Below, one piece after another: positions 1 through 9,146 of a DNA stretch of 33,645 bases. Under the pieces are notes generated by a model. It had not been told where the DNA came from. It did not search any database and saw only the letters and a program-made list of their open reading frames with translations. Made by a program: the position numbers and the translations under genes. The stretch comes from an uncultured Clostridia bacterium. Its GTDB lineage: Bacteria; Bacillota; Clostridia; Christensenellales; UBA1242. Where the stretch lies: assembly GCA_947625955.1 (NCBI GenBank), contig CANQQH010000002.1:1-33645 (forward strand). The letters run 5' to 3'. Positions within the stretch are counted from its first letter, which is position 1; each line of letters opens with the position of its first letter.

Positions 1-870
1 CTAGAAAACAAAGAAAAAACTCACCTTTTGCAACAAAAGACTTTGGAAGAGAGCTACAAGCAGAAACTTCAAGACAAGGATGAGCAAATCGGCTACTATA
101 AAGATCTCAAAATCCGCCTTTCAACCAAGATGATTGGCGAAACTTTGGAACAGCATTGCGAAACTGAATTTAATAAAAATCGCGCGCTAGGTTTCCAAAC
201 GGCAAGTTTTGCGAAAGATAACGACGCGTCTTCGGGCAGCAAGGGCGACTATATCTTCCGCGACTTCGACCAAGACGGCACCGAGTTCATTTCAATCATG
301 TTTGAGATGAAGAACCAATCGGACACCACTTCAACCAAGCACAAGAACGAGGACTTTTTCAAAGAGCTCGACAAGGACCGCCGCGAGAAAAAGTGCGAAT
401 ACGCCGTGCTCGTTTCCCTGCTCGAACCTGAAAACGAGTTTTATAACGAAGGAATTGTCGACGTCTCCTACAAATATGAAAAGATGTATGTTATTCGTCC
501 GCAGTTCTTCATTCCTATCATAACGCTTCTCAGGAACGCGTCAAGGTCGTCGCTTGAATACAAGCGCGAGCTCGCAATCGCGAGAAACCAAAACCTCGAC
601 ATCTCAAAGTTTGAAGAGGACATGAACGAGTTCAAAACCAAATTCTCGCGCAACTATTCACTTGCCAGCGAAAAGTTCTTCAAGGCCATTGAGGAGATAG
701 ATAAGACCATCGACCACTTGCAGAAGATGAAGGAGAACCTGCTTTCAAGCGAGAACAACCTTCGCCTTGCAAATAACAAGGTTGACGAGCTCTCAATCAA
801 AAAGCTCACGAAGAACAATCCAACCATGCAAAGCAAGTTTTTGGAACTAAAAAATAAAAAAGACAACTAG
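1..870 (+). CDS. DUF2130 domain-containing protein (5'-truncated by window edge)
   Basis: Frame is open from base 1. Family motifs [56 protein letters not shown] and NNLRLANNK. Confidence 0.9.
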   Translation, partial: LENKEKTHLLQQKTLEESYKQKLQDKDEQIGYYKDLKIRLSTKMIGETLEQHCETEFNKNRALGFQTASFAKDNDASSGSKGDYIFRDFDQDGTEFISIMFEMKNQSDTTSTKHKNEDFFKELDKDRREKKCEYAVLVSLLEPENEFYNEGIVDVSYKYEKMYVIRPQFFIPIITLLRNASRSSLEYKRELAIARNQNLDISKFEEDMNEFKTKFSRNYSLASEKFFKAIEEIDKTIDHLQKMKENLLSSENNLRLANNKVDELSIKKLTKNNPTMQSKFLELKNKKDN

Positions 871-873
871 CGT

Positions 874-903
874 GCATAAACTCCCCTGCCCCGGCTCATA
901 CTA
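874..903 (+). promoter_or_regulatory. Sigma-G-like (forespore) promoter
   Basis: GCATA (874-878), 18-nt spacer, CATACTA (897-903): matches the SigG consensus. Followed by an AGGAGGA RBS and ATG at 923. Confidence 0.6.
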
Positions 904-922
904 AACGCAGGAGGATGTGTGT

Positions 923-1093
923 ATGAAAAAATATAGGCCAGGTGACACTGTTCCAATGACTTGTGGCTACAAGCCATACGACAAATCTGGAAACAGCCTT
1001 TCAAGCGACAAGATGTTCCTTGAAGAGGGCGACACTTTTCCACCAACCCAGCAGTCCGGCGGCTACTACGTTATGGATATGCGCGGGGAATAA
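923..1093 (+). CDS. YjzC-like small protein (56 aa; not in ORF track)
   Basis: AGGAGG RBS; MKKYRPGDTVPMTCGYKPYDKSGNSLSSDKMFLEEGDTFPPTQQSGGYYVMDMRGE has the YjzC-like (Y/F)RPG..P...Y and L..G..FP.T pattern. Confidence 0.75.
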   Translation: MKKYRPGDTVPMTCGYKPYDKSGNSLSSDKMFLEEGDTFPPTQQSGGYYVMDMRGE

Positions 1094-1131
1094 AAGTAAA
1101 CCACGAGATAAATTCTCGTGGTTTTTACTTT
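1093..1131. terminator. Bidirectional intrinsic terminator
   Basis: AAAGTAAACCACGAGA / TCTCGTGGTTTTTACTTT inverted repeat between convergent genes. Confidence 0.75.
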
Positions 1132-1385
1132 CCGTGTTCAAGGTTTTCTCTCATTGATTTGAGGTCTTCAATCAAGTTTTCGTTAAGTTTCATTCTAAGT
1201 TTTGCTTCCTCAGCCTGCCCATCAAAGTATGAAGTTTCGGTCGTTGAATTTGAATATCGTGAAAGTTGCGATATTTCCTTTTGAAGGAGAACATTCGCTT
1301 CTTGCAAACGATTAATAGCTTCTTCAATACTATGAGCATCGGCAACATCAACTTTGAACGCCTTGCCATTGATGTCAATAACCAT
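1125..1385 (-). CDS. Hypothetical coiled-coil protein (86 aa)
   Basis: AAGGGGGAG RBS, own promoter (TTGACA-16-TATAAT at 1410-1437), ends in the shared terminator. Confidence 0.7.
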   Translation of the reverse strand: MVIDINGKAFKVDVADAHSIEEAINRLQEANVLLQKEISQLSRYSNSTTETSYFDGQAEEAKLRMKLNENLIEDLKSMRENLEHGK

Positions 1386-1551
1386 TAAAAACTCCCCCTT
1401 ATATCATTAATTATACCACCAACCTGGGTTTTGTCAATATTTTGTATTTTTGGCACATTGCCACCAAAAAAACCACAAATGCGTGAATTGATTTGATTTT
1501 AGTATTATTTTATTTATAATTAAATTGAGATAGTATATCAGAAGGAACATA

Positions 1552-4072
1552 ATGATAAAATCAATAAATCGTCACGCAATAAGGAATTTGAGAATCATTC
1601 TCATATTCTCAATCCTCTACCATCGCAGCTTGTTCGGTGGTATGCGTTTATTGTGCGCTCTGGGGCGAGGCGAACTCATCATTCAACATTGTTTATGAGG
1701 TCTTCACCAGCGATCCGTTCGTCTATGTTCTCAAAGGCGACGACACCTACGAAATCGTTGACCTGACCGATGACACGCTTTCTGAATACATCATCCCCGA
1801 CATGGTCAACGGCAAAAAGGTCACTTCCATTGCAGACAGCATCTTCTATCCAGCGAGGTCAACCATGACGAATGTTGTTTTTGGAAACAACATCAAAAAG
1901 ATTGGTGCATACAGCTTCTATCATTGCAAAAGTCTTACCGAGCTCAACTTCAATGAAGGCTTGGAAGAGATTGGAAAACACGCTTTTCAAGAGTGCGACA
2001 TTCTTTCTTCCATCACAATCCCAACAACCTTCAAAACTTTTGGGAAAAATGCTTTCACGGATTGCTTTGAGCTTGCAACAATAACCTATAAAGCAATAAA
2101 TGCAAACGACATGGACGACGAGTGCCGCCCATTTAGCAACAGCAGTTCACAAAGGCAAGACATGGAAGTTATTTTCACCGAGGATGTTATTCATATTCCA
2201 GCGTGCCTATTCCGCTCTTCTTCCTCAAAAGGTTCTCACGCCTACCTCACAAAGGTCACGATTGGCGAAAATGTTCAAACGATTGGCGACCACGCGTTCT
2301 ATAACAGCTTTTCACTTGCCACATTGAACTTCAATGCAACGCGAGCTGAGGACTTCAATTCAAGTGCCGACATTTTCTATGCTGCCGGCGTTCTTGCCGA
2401 CGAGCTTGTGGTTAACATGGGCAACAATGTTGAGAACATCCCTGCGAATATTTTCCATGGAAGTTCGAGCACAACCAACTATATCAACATAAAATCGCTC
2501 ACCATTCCAGAGGGCGTCAAAGATATTGGCGCGAGCGCGTTCAAATACACATTCGGTCTCGAACATCTCTATTTCAACGCAATCGACTGCGCCAACATGG
2601 AAGACGAAGACGATATTTTCTATCAAACTGCAACGCTTGCTCCAAACGGATGCGAAGTTGTTGTTGGCGACCAAGTAACAAGGATTCCAGCCCACCTTCT
2701 TCACGGCAGCTCCGACAAAGAAAAATTTAACCACTTCACAAAGCTGACCATCGGTTTGTCGGTGAAGGAGTTTGGCTTATACGCATTCAGGAACTGCTAT
2801 GGCCTCAAAGAAGTTCTTTATAGAGCAGAGAACTGCAACGACCTTTCGAGCAGCCTCAGGGTGTTCGACAGGTGCGGCGAGAACACCGACGGCCTGATTT
2901 TCACAGTTGATGACACGGTTCAAAGAATCCCTGCCTATCTTTGCGAAACAACAACCTCAACCGCCGCGCACACCATAGAACTCACAATCGGTCAAAATGT
3001 GACGTCAATTGGCTCGCGTGCGTTTGGCCATTTTGAATATCTTTCAAAGATTTTCTATAACGCAACCGCCATGCCCGACTTCGACCTTTCCACCTTTGTT
3101 GAAGACTCGCCAAACATTTTCTACGACGCCGGGCAACTGAACGAGAACGGCATTGAACTTGTTATTGGCGAAAATGTTACAAGTATTCCTTCGTATCTTT
3201 TCCACTGCCACACAAACGGCTTTCCAAATATCAAAACAATGAACATTCCTGAAAAAGTTGAGTTTATTGGCGAGTATGCCTTCCCATTTTTATATAATCT
3301 TGAGACCCTCAACTATAACGCGATAAAGTTTAGCCACCAGCACACCGAAAACATGCACATTTTTAACTCCGCCGGAAGAGACGTTCAAGCTGGGCTGACC
3401 ATTAACTTTGGCGAATCGGTTTGGGAAATCCCAGACTACCTCTTCTACCCTTCTGGGCAAGAGACTTTGATGATGAATATAAAATCGCTCACCATTCCAG
3501 ACAATGTTCAAAGAATTGGCAGCAACGCGTTCAACTATAACTATAACCTTCTCGAGCTCACCATTGGAACTGGCGTGAAAGAACTTGGCGACTATGCCTT
3601 TGGTCGCTGCAATAACCTTGCAACCATAAACTATAAAATTCCAAAACTTGACCATGAGCTGACAAGCGACTCAAATGTTTTCTATCGCGCAGGGCAAGAC
3701 CATGTTGGAATTGTTTATGTCATCTTCTCCGACGACGTTATCGACATCCCTGCCTACCTCTTCTGCAATAGCGAAACCAGCGCCACAACCATTGACCACG
3801 TTTATATCGGTGCAAACGTTCAAACAATTGGCAACAAAGCGTTCGAATATTGCTTGGAACTTGCAACCGTTATCATCGGCAGCGAGACTATCTATTCTCA
3901 GCTTCAAGACATACAATCCGCCGGGCTCTTGATTGAATACGCAAAGCAAATCGCGGTCAAAGACTCCATCATTGAAAGCCTGGGAACAAACGATTTCCTT
4001 GAAAACAACTACACAAAGTCAGCTGGCGAAGGCGACTATGTTGGCTTCACCGTTTATAGTTTGGCGGCATAA
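1552..4072 (+). CDS. BspA-type leucine-rich-repeat (LRR_5) surface protein, frameshifted near 1618
   Basis: Many L..L.I...V..IG..AF repeats in ORF 1637-4072. ATG 1552 has an AAGGA RBS and encodes the first half of a hydrophobic leader in a different frame. Confidence 0.85.
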
Positions 4073-4105
4073 TACATTTTTTTCGCAAAATTGCTATAAA
4101 TCATT

Positions 4106-4134
4106 TTGTTTTCCACTAAAAATTGTGATATTAT
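4106..4134 (+). promoter_or_regulatory. Sigma-A promoter for the 4195 gene
   Basis: TTGTTT, 17-nt spacer, extended -10 TGaTATTAT; AAAGGAGG RBS downstream. Confidence 0.45.
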
Positions 4135-4194
4135 AAAGTCAAATTGAGTGCCATCGCCCAATTTGAATAAAAAAATTTATCAAAGGAGGAGCTT

Positions 4195-4803
4195 ATGAGC
4201 ACAAAGAAAAAACTTGTTATTTCGTTGACATCTCTCGCAATTGTTCTCGTTGTTGCAGTTGCTGCGGTTGGAATTACCCTTGCAGCTTTGAATGGAACAG
4301 TTGCTTCTACATTTACCATTAATTACACCGCCTATAACGTTAAAGCAACCGTTACCGCAAAGTATAAAATTGGAACACAAGGAGATGTAAATTTCACTGG
4401 CGGTGAGCCTGCTGGTACATTAAAATTCATCGAAACCCAAGAAACAGCATCTGGAACTCTTAAAGTAGATGATCCTATCACTTTGACATCTACAGATACC
4501 TATGTTGTTGTTACCTACACATTCAAAAACGATTGGACAGAAGATGACAGCGAAACAAAGTCAAACCTTGTTGTTTCTACCGAAACAACAACAATCCAAG
4601 GTCAAGAAGGCATTAAAATCACATACGATACAGATGGTGATGATGACTTTGAGGAAACAGATCTTTCAAGCCTTGCTGCAGTTGCACCAAATGAAACTTT
4701 AACAATAAAGATCAAGTTTGAACTTACCAATAACGCAACAAAAACTGTTAACCTTTCAGTTTCACTTAACTGGAAACTTGAATCACAAAAAATTGAAGAG
4801 TAA
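4195..4803 (+). CDS. Secreted beta-rich protein with SipW-class signal peptide (TasA/camelysin-like candidate)
   Basis: Strong AAAGGAGG RBS. MSTKKK, a hydrophobic stretch, then GITLA-ALN, resembling the TasA GGTWA-AFN cleavage region. Thr/Val-rich mature part. Confidence 0.6.
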   Translation: MSTKKKLVISLTSLAIVLVVAVAAVGITLAALNGTVASTFTINYTAYNVKATVTAKYKIGTQGDVNFTGGEPAGTLKFIETQETASGTLKVDDPITLTSTDTYVVVTYTFKNDWTEDDSETKSNLVVSTETTTIQGQEGIKITYDTDGDDDFEETDLSSLAAVAPNETLTIKIKFELTNNATKTVNLSVSLNWKLESQKIEE

Positions 4804-4914
4804 TTAAAAACAAAACAAATAGCTTTCAAAAGTTTGATGGCGGATTTTGAAAGTAGAACAAAATGTCCGGTTGAATTTTTGTTGGCCGAACATTTTTTTA
4901 TTGAAGGAGAAAGC

Positions 4915-5502
4915 ATGAACACTCAATATATCTCCACCGCCCCTGCTGCTGAGCAGGAAGAAAAAAAGAAGAAAAAGAAACTTATTCTCATTATTTTCTT
5001 CATCTTCTTTTCGTGTGCCGCCGTTATTGGCGTTATTGTGGGCGTTGTTCTTGGAACGAAAAAGCCCGCTTCAAACCTGCTTTCAGTCACCATCGACCCG
5101 ATTATTGTTAACAATGCGAGCGAAACGCATATCGAAGGCGCCGAGAAGTTCACTCTCGACCTCACCAACGGCTCAAAAGACTTCACAAAAGATCTAAATG
5201 TGCAACTCTCGGGCGAAGAATATTTCAAATATTCAATCGAAATTGAAAACGACGAAACAGACAAAATATACTTTTTTATCAGCCTTTCAAACCTTGAAAA
5301 CAACGGCTTTGCAATAACCTATAAAATTGGTGGCGAGGAGCTCGCCTTCCCCGCCGAGGGTGAAGTGAAGGGCGAGATTGCAAAAGGGCAAAAACAAAAA
5401 ATAGAAATACTTTTCAAAATGAGTGATAGTGAACTTGAAAGTGGTAAAGTTGCCGGGAAGCTGACTTTCTCGGCGTCAATGGTAGAAGAAATAGATGAGT
5501 GA
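4915..5502 (+). CDS. Hypothetical N-terminally membrane-anchored protein (195 aa)
   Basis: GAAGGAG RBS before ATG 4915; poly-Lys followed by one TM segment and a beta-rich extracellular domain; overlaps the start of the next gene. Confidence 0.75.
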   Translation: MNTQYISTAPAAEQEEKKKKKKLILIIFFIFFSCAAVIGVIVGVVLGTKKPASNLLSVTIDPIIVNNASETHIEGAEKFTLDLTNGSKDFTKDLNVQLSGEEYFKYSIEIENDETDKIYFFISLSNLENNGFAITYKIGGEELAFPAEGEVKGEIAKGQKQKIEILFKMSDSELESGKVAGKLTFSASMVEEIDE

Positions 5503-6700
5503 AAACGAAGTTATAGTCGATAGAAAACTGGAAGCAAAGGCAAAGAAACTTGCAAAAAAATATGCCAAGCAGAGAAAGGTCAACGAAAAACTCTTGCGGC
5601 CTAAAAAATGGTGGCAATCTCTTTTGACATGGACATCAAGTATTCTCATGCTCTTTGTAATTTTTATCGCAACAACTTTTTCGGTCAGCGTTGTTGTTTC
5701 AAAAATCAACAAGACAGCCCCAATCTATTTGGGAACAAGCTGCATGAAAATCGCCAGTGGAAGCATGAAGGCAAGCGGCTTTGAAATCGGAGATGTTATC
5801 GTCACCCACTCCGTGAAACCCGAGACCCTCAGCGTTGGCGACAACATTGCGTTCTATGTTTCCTATAACGACATGAGAAGGTTCAATTCTCAAACCGCAA
5901 AACTGATTGAAACAAACCAGAAAATCAAATTTACAACCCCAATTTCCACCCTTCTTGGCATCCATTCAAAAAAGATATCCACTGCTGCAAAGACTGGATG
6001 CAAAATTGTTTTCCACCAGATTGTTGCCGTGTATGAAGACGAAAACGGCGAGAGGTGGTTCAAAACCAAGGGCACCTCAAACTCTTCAAGCGACACCTGG
6101 ACAATAAGCGAATCCATGGTTATTGGCGCCCATGCAACAAACGGCTTTTCAAAAATGGTTGCTGCGATTCTCAACGCCATAACAAACGACCCAAGGCTTC
6201 TTGTTTGCTGCACGCTTCTGCCTTTCATTCTCGTTGTTATACTGGTTGCTGGCAACCTTATCAAAGATATAGCCCTCATCATGATTGAACTCGACATTGT
6301 TGAAGAGAAGCGAAAACTCACCGACGATATCTGCGTCAGGAATAAGATTGGCTACCAAATGGGCACGAAGGTGAAATATAAAGTTCTTGCGCAAGCCAAG
6401 CCTGAGGAGTTCTCGCTCTATATGTCGCTGCTCTGGGAAAACGGCTCAACACCTGCAAATGTGAAAAAGTATTATAAGCGCAAAGCGCTCCTTCTCAGGA
6501 AAAACCAGGAGTTGCTTGAACTCAACCGCGAGTGCCAAGAGATGTTCAAAAACAACGAGACTCCAACAAAGATTGCAAAGCACTATAACGACAAGCGCAG
6601 CGAAATCGAAAAACGCCACAAAGAGCGCGTCAAGAAACTAAACGCCATCAAGAAAAAATACAAAAACAAAAAGCCCCAGGCCGACGCTCCCGCACAATAA
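5495..6700 (+). CDS. SipW-type (S26B, ER-type) signal peptidase I with long C-terminal extension
   Basis: IASGSM (catalytic Ser), GDVIV, VGDNIAF, IVFHQIV (catalytic His) and FKTKG motifs; flanking TM segments. Confidence 0.8.
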   Translation: MSENEVIVDRKLEAKAKKLAKKYAKQRKVNEKLLRPKKWWQSLLTWTSSILMLFVIFIATTFSVSVVVSKINKTAPIYLGTSCMKIASGSMKASGFEIGDVIVTHSVKPETLSVGDNIAFYVSYNDMRRFNSQTAKLIETNQKIKFTTPISTLLGIHSKKISTAAKTGCKIVFHQIVAVYEDENGERWFKTKGTSNSSSDTWTISESMVIGAHATNGFSKMVAAILNAITNDPRLLVCCTLLPFILVVILVAGNLIKDIALIMIELDIVEEKRKLTDDICVRNKIGYQMGTKVKYKVLAQAKPEEFSLYMSLLWENGSTPANVKKYYKRKALLLRKNQELLELNRECQEMFKNNETPTKIAKHYNDKRSEIEKRHKERVKKLNAIKKKYKNKKPQADAPAQ

Positions 6701-6720
6701 AAAAACATCTATAATAAGCA

Positions 6721-6750
6721 AAAAAATAACGCTACGCAGCGTTATTTTTT
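6721..6750. terminator. Bidirectional terminator
   Basis: AAAAAATAACGCT-ACGC-AGCGTTATTTTTT between convergent genes. Confidence 0.7.
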
Positions 6751-8732
6751 CTCTCCTTTTTTGGAAAAACCACAAATCTTTTATCATCAAAAATTATGTT
6801 CTCAACTTTGTGCTTTCTCTCGTCTTGTGCAACTTCAACATCAAATTGTTGCTTTTCCTCATCCGCACAAGCGTTTGAAACCAGAAGTTTTGGCCACTTC
6901 TCAAACTCCTGTTCTTGTTTTTGCTTCGCGGCATTTGGAATAAATGAGCTTTGCGCATAAGTGACCTTCGCCTTGAGAAGCGCGTCATTGCCAGATGTAT
7001 TACTAATCTTGGCTTTCAAACTATTCCATTGTTCTCTCGTCCCATGAAAAATAACATCTGTCAAACTATCACAATTTGAAAATGCCGAATCTCCAACACC
7101 TATTAATTCTCCTGGAAGTTCAATCTTCTGCAACTCGTAGCAATAATCAAAAACATTATAATCAATCACCGTCACTCCGCTTGGGATGCTTATTTCCTTC
7201 AATACTTCACAATGAGTAAATGCCGCCATAGGAATCGTTGTAATATATTGAGGAAGCCGAATATAAGTAAGATAATAATTATGACCAAAAGCATACCTAC
7301 CAATTTGTGTCATTGTATCCGGCAAAATCAAACTTTTGAAACTTTTACTATAAAAAGCATTTTCTACGCACGCAATAACAGGCGCACCCGCATAATAGTT
7401 TGGCACAACAATTTCGAGATTTTCATTAGCAACATTATTAGGCACCTGCACAGTATAACCGCCGTCTATTGAAATGTATCTTAAATATGTTGATGAAGCT
7501 GGTTTTTCTTCATATATGATAACAACATCATTATTAACGACATATCTATCTGTTGTTCCCTGTCTTGTTACCCCTTCAACTTCAAGATTCATCCAATATT
7601 CGTTTTTTATAGTATAATATATTTCAAGAACTTCATCTTTTTTAACCTTTTCACCACTATACAATTGTGTTCCATTTCTTTTCACAACAACTTGCTGAGG
7701 TACGGTTCCAAGAAAGAAATCAACATTTTTGTTCAAAATTTCATCTTCATTTATTTCTTCACTTGAACAAGAAAATATTGCGTCTTTTTCAACATATATT
7801 GCTGATCCATATTCAGCTTCACAACGATAAATTTCACCACCTGTTATATTGCAAGATGACCCCGTTGAAACATATATTCCGCCACCATATGTTGCTTGAC
7901 AGGAGTATATTTCGCCTTCAGTCATGGTGAGAGAAGCCCCACCAGATGCAAGAAATATTCCGCCACCATTTGTTGCATTACCACTATAAATTTGCCCATA
8001 ACTATTGTTAATTTCTACTGAACCACCAGCTTCAACATAAATGCAACCACCATTTTGCGCATATCCTCCAAAAATAGCTGGGTGTTTTGATAGGCTTTTA
8101 TAATCAACAACCAATGTTGCACCAGACGACAAGTATATAGTACCACCATTTGAGTTACAATTCCCATCAATAATGCCACCATACATTTCAACTTTGGCAT
8201 TTTTTTCGCAAAAAACCGCTCCACCACAATACTCAGAAGAACCATCTATTGATCCGTCATTCATAATCAAGGTCGCATTTTCTTCAAGATAAACTGCTCC
8301 GCCCCATAGCGAGCTCCCGCGTATATCTCCGCCATTCATTATAAATGTTCCACCCGATTCAACATAGACCGCGCCACCAAAATACGCTTCCGTGCTTCCA
8401 AGGTTCCCGCCTTCCATAATGAATGTGCCCTCGCTCGAAACATAAACAACACCACCAAAGGTTGCGATCCTGCTATCTTCTTCCTCTTGATAAATATTCT
8501 CAAATTCGCCATCCGTCAATGTCATTGTTGCGCCTTTTCCAACAAAAATGCGCGCACCCCGCAAATATGATTCACTCGCTATGCTCGAAGGCTTTGATGG
8601 CGGCTCTTCAAATTCATATTCACCTTCCCAATATAGTGCCGAAGCACTACTTTGGTTTTGAATGAGTTGAAACGAAAAATATATCGCCAGAGTGGTTACA
8701 ATAAAAAGTAAAATTGCCGATATCTTTTTCAT
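6732..8732 (-). CDS. Secreted adhesin-like protein with Pmp-like GGA(I/V)Y beta-helix repeats and C-terminal BspA LRRs
   Basis: Signal peptide MKKISAILLFIV...SASA; about 9 GG(A/G/V)(V/I)(Y/F) repeats; LRR_5 repeats (LILPDTMTQIGRYAF, ISIPSGVTVIDYNVF). Confidence 0.8.
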   Translation of the reverse strand: MKKISAILLFIVTTLAIYFSFQLIQNQSSASALYWEGEYEFEEPPSKPSSIASESYLRGARIFVGKGATMTLTDGEFENIYQEEEDSRIATFGGVVYVSSEGTFIMEGGNLGSTEAYFGGAVYVESGGTFIMNGGDIRGSSLWGGAVYLEENATLIMNDGSIDGSSEYCGGAVFCEKNAKVEMYGGIIDGNCNSNGGTIYLSSGATLVVDYKSLSKHPAIFGGYAQNGGCIYVEAGGSVEINNSYGQIYSGNATNGGGIFLASGGASLTMTEGEIYSCQATYGGGIYVSTGSSCNITGGEIYRCEAEYGSAIYVEKDAIFSCSSEEINEDEILNKNVDFFLGTVPQQVVVKRNGTQLYSGEKVKKDEVLEIYYTIKNEYWMNLEVEGVTRQGTTDRYVVNNDVVIIYEEKPASSTYLRYISIDGGYTVQVPNNVANENLEIVVPNYYAGAPVIACVENAFYSKSFKSLILPDTMTQIGRYAFGHNYYLTYIRLPQYITTIPMAAFTHCEVLKEISIPSGVTVIDYNVFDYCYELQKIELPGELIGVGDSAFSNCDSLTDVIFHGTREQWNSLKAKISNTSGNDALLKAKVTYAQSSFIPNAAKQKQEQEFEKWPKLLVSNACADEEKQQFDVEVAQDERKHKVENIIFDDKRFVVFPKKERKNNAA

Positions 8733-8811
8733 TTGCTTCCTCTATTCAAAATTATTCACAGGAAAAACAGCGCGCAAAGCGACCCTGCCCACTCTTTTTC
8801 TATACATAAAA

Positions 8812-8842
8812 AATATACCCCCCCCCCCCATATTTTTGTCAA
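8812..8842 (-). promoter_or_regulatory. Sigma-A promoter with G12 homopolymer in the spacer (putative phase-variable)
   Basis: Minus strand reads TTGACA-AAAATAT-G12-TATATT (19-nt spacer); C12 at 8818-8829 on the + strand. Confidence 0.75.
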
Positions 8843-8885
8843 ATGTTTAGGGGCAGTTTTTCAATATTTTTTATTTCCATCAAAC

Positions 8886-8922
8886 AAAAAATCCACTTCG
8901 AAGATGTTGAAGTGGATTTTTT
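8886..8922 (-). terminator. Intrinsic terminator after the DUF1858 gene
   Basis: AAAAAATCCACTTC...GAAGTGGATTTTTT hairpin. Confidence 0.75.
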
Positions 8923-8933
8923 ATATTTTTTTT

Positions 8934-9146
8934 CTAGCCTTTGAGGGCGGCGTTGAGTTTTTCAACCATGAGGTCAACGTCAACACCATGAACCATGGCA
9001 GCCTCTTCGAGCGTTTCCATTCTGCTCATTGGGCATCCAAAGCAATGAAGCCCGAAGCCCATCATTATTGTTGCGAGGTTCTCGTCGATTTTCAAAACAT
9101 CTTCAATGCGCATGGTCTTTGTTATTTTTGCACCTTTCTTTTTCAT
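8934..9146 (-). CDS. DUF1858 domain protein (hybrid-cluster-associated redox disulfide domain)
   Basis: ITKTMRIEDVL...GLHCFGCPMSRMETLEEAAMVHGVD signature. Confidence 0.9.
   Translation of the reverse strand: MKKKGAKITKTMRIEDVLKIDENLATIMMGFGLHCFGCPMSRMETLEEAAMVHGVDVDLMVEKLNAALKG

Noticed and set aside
963-1157. Tracked 64-aa ORF
   Set aside because: Out-of-frame overlap with the better supported YjzC-like ORF (923-1093), and it crosses the terminator.
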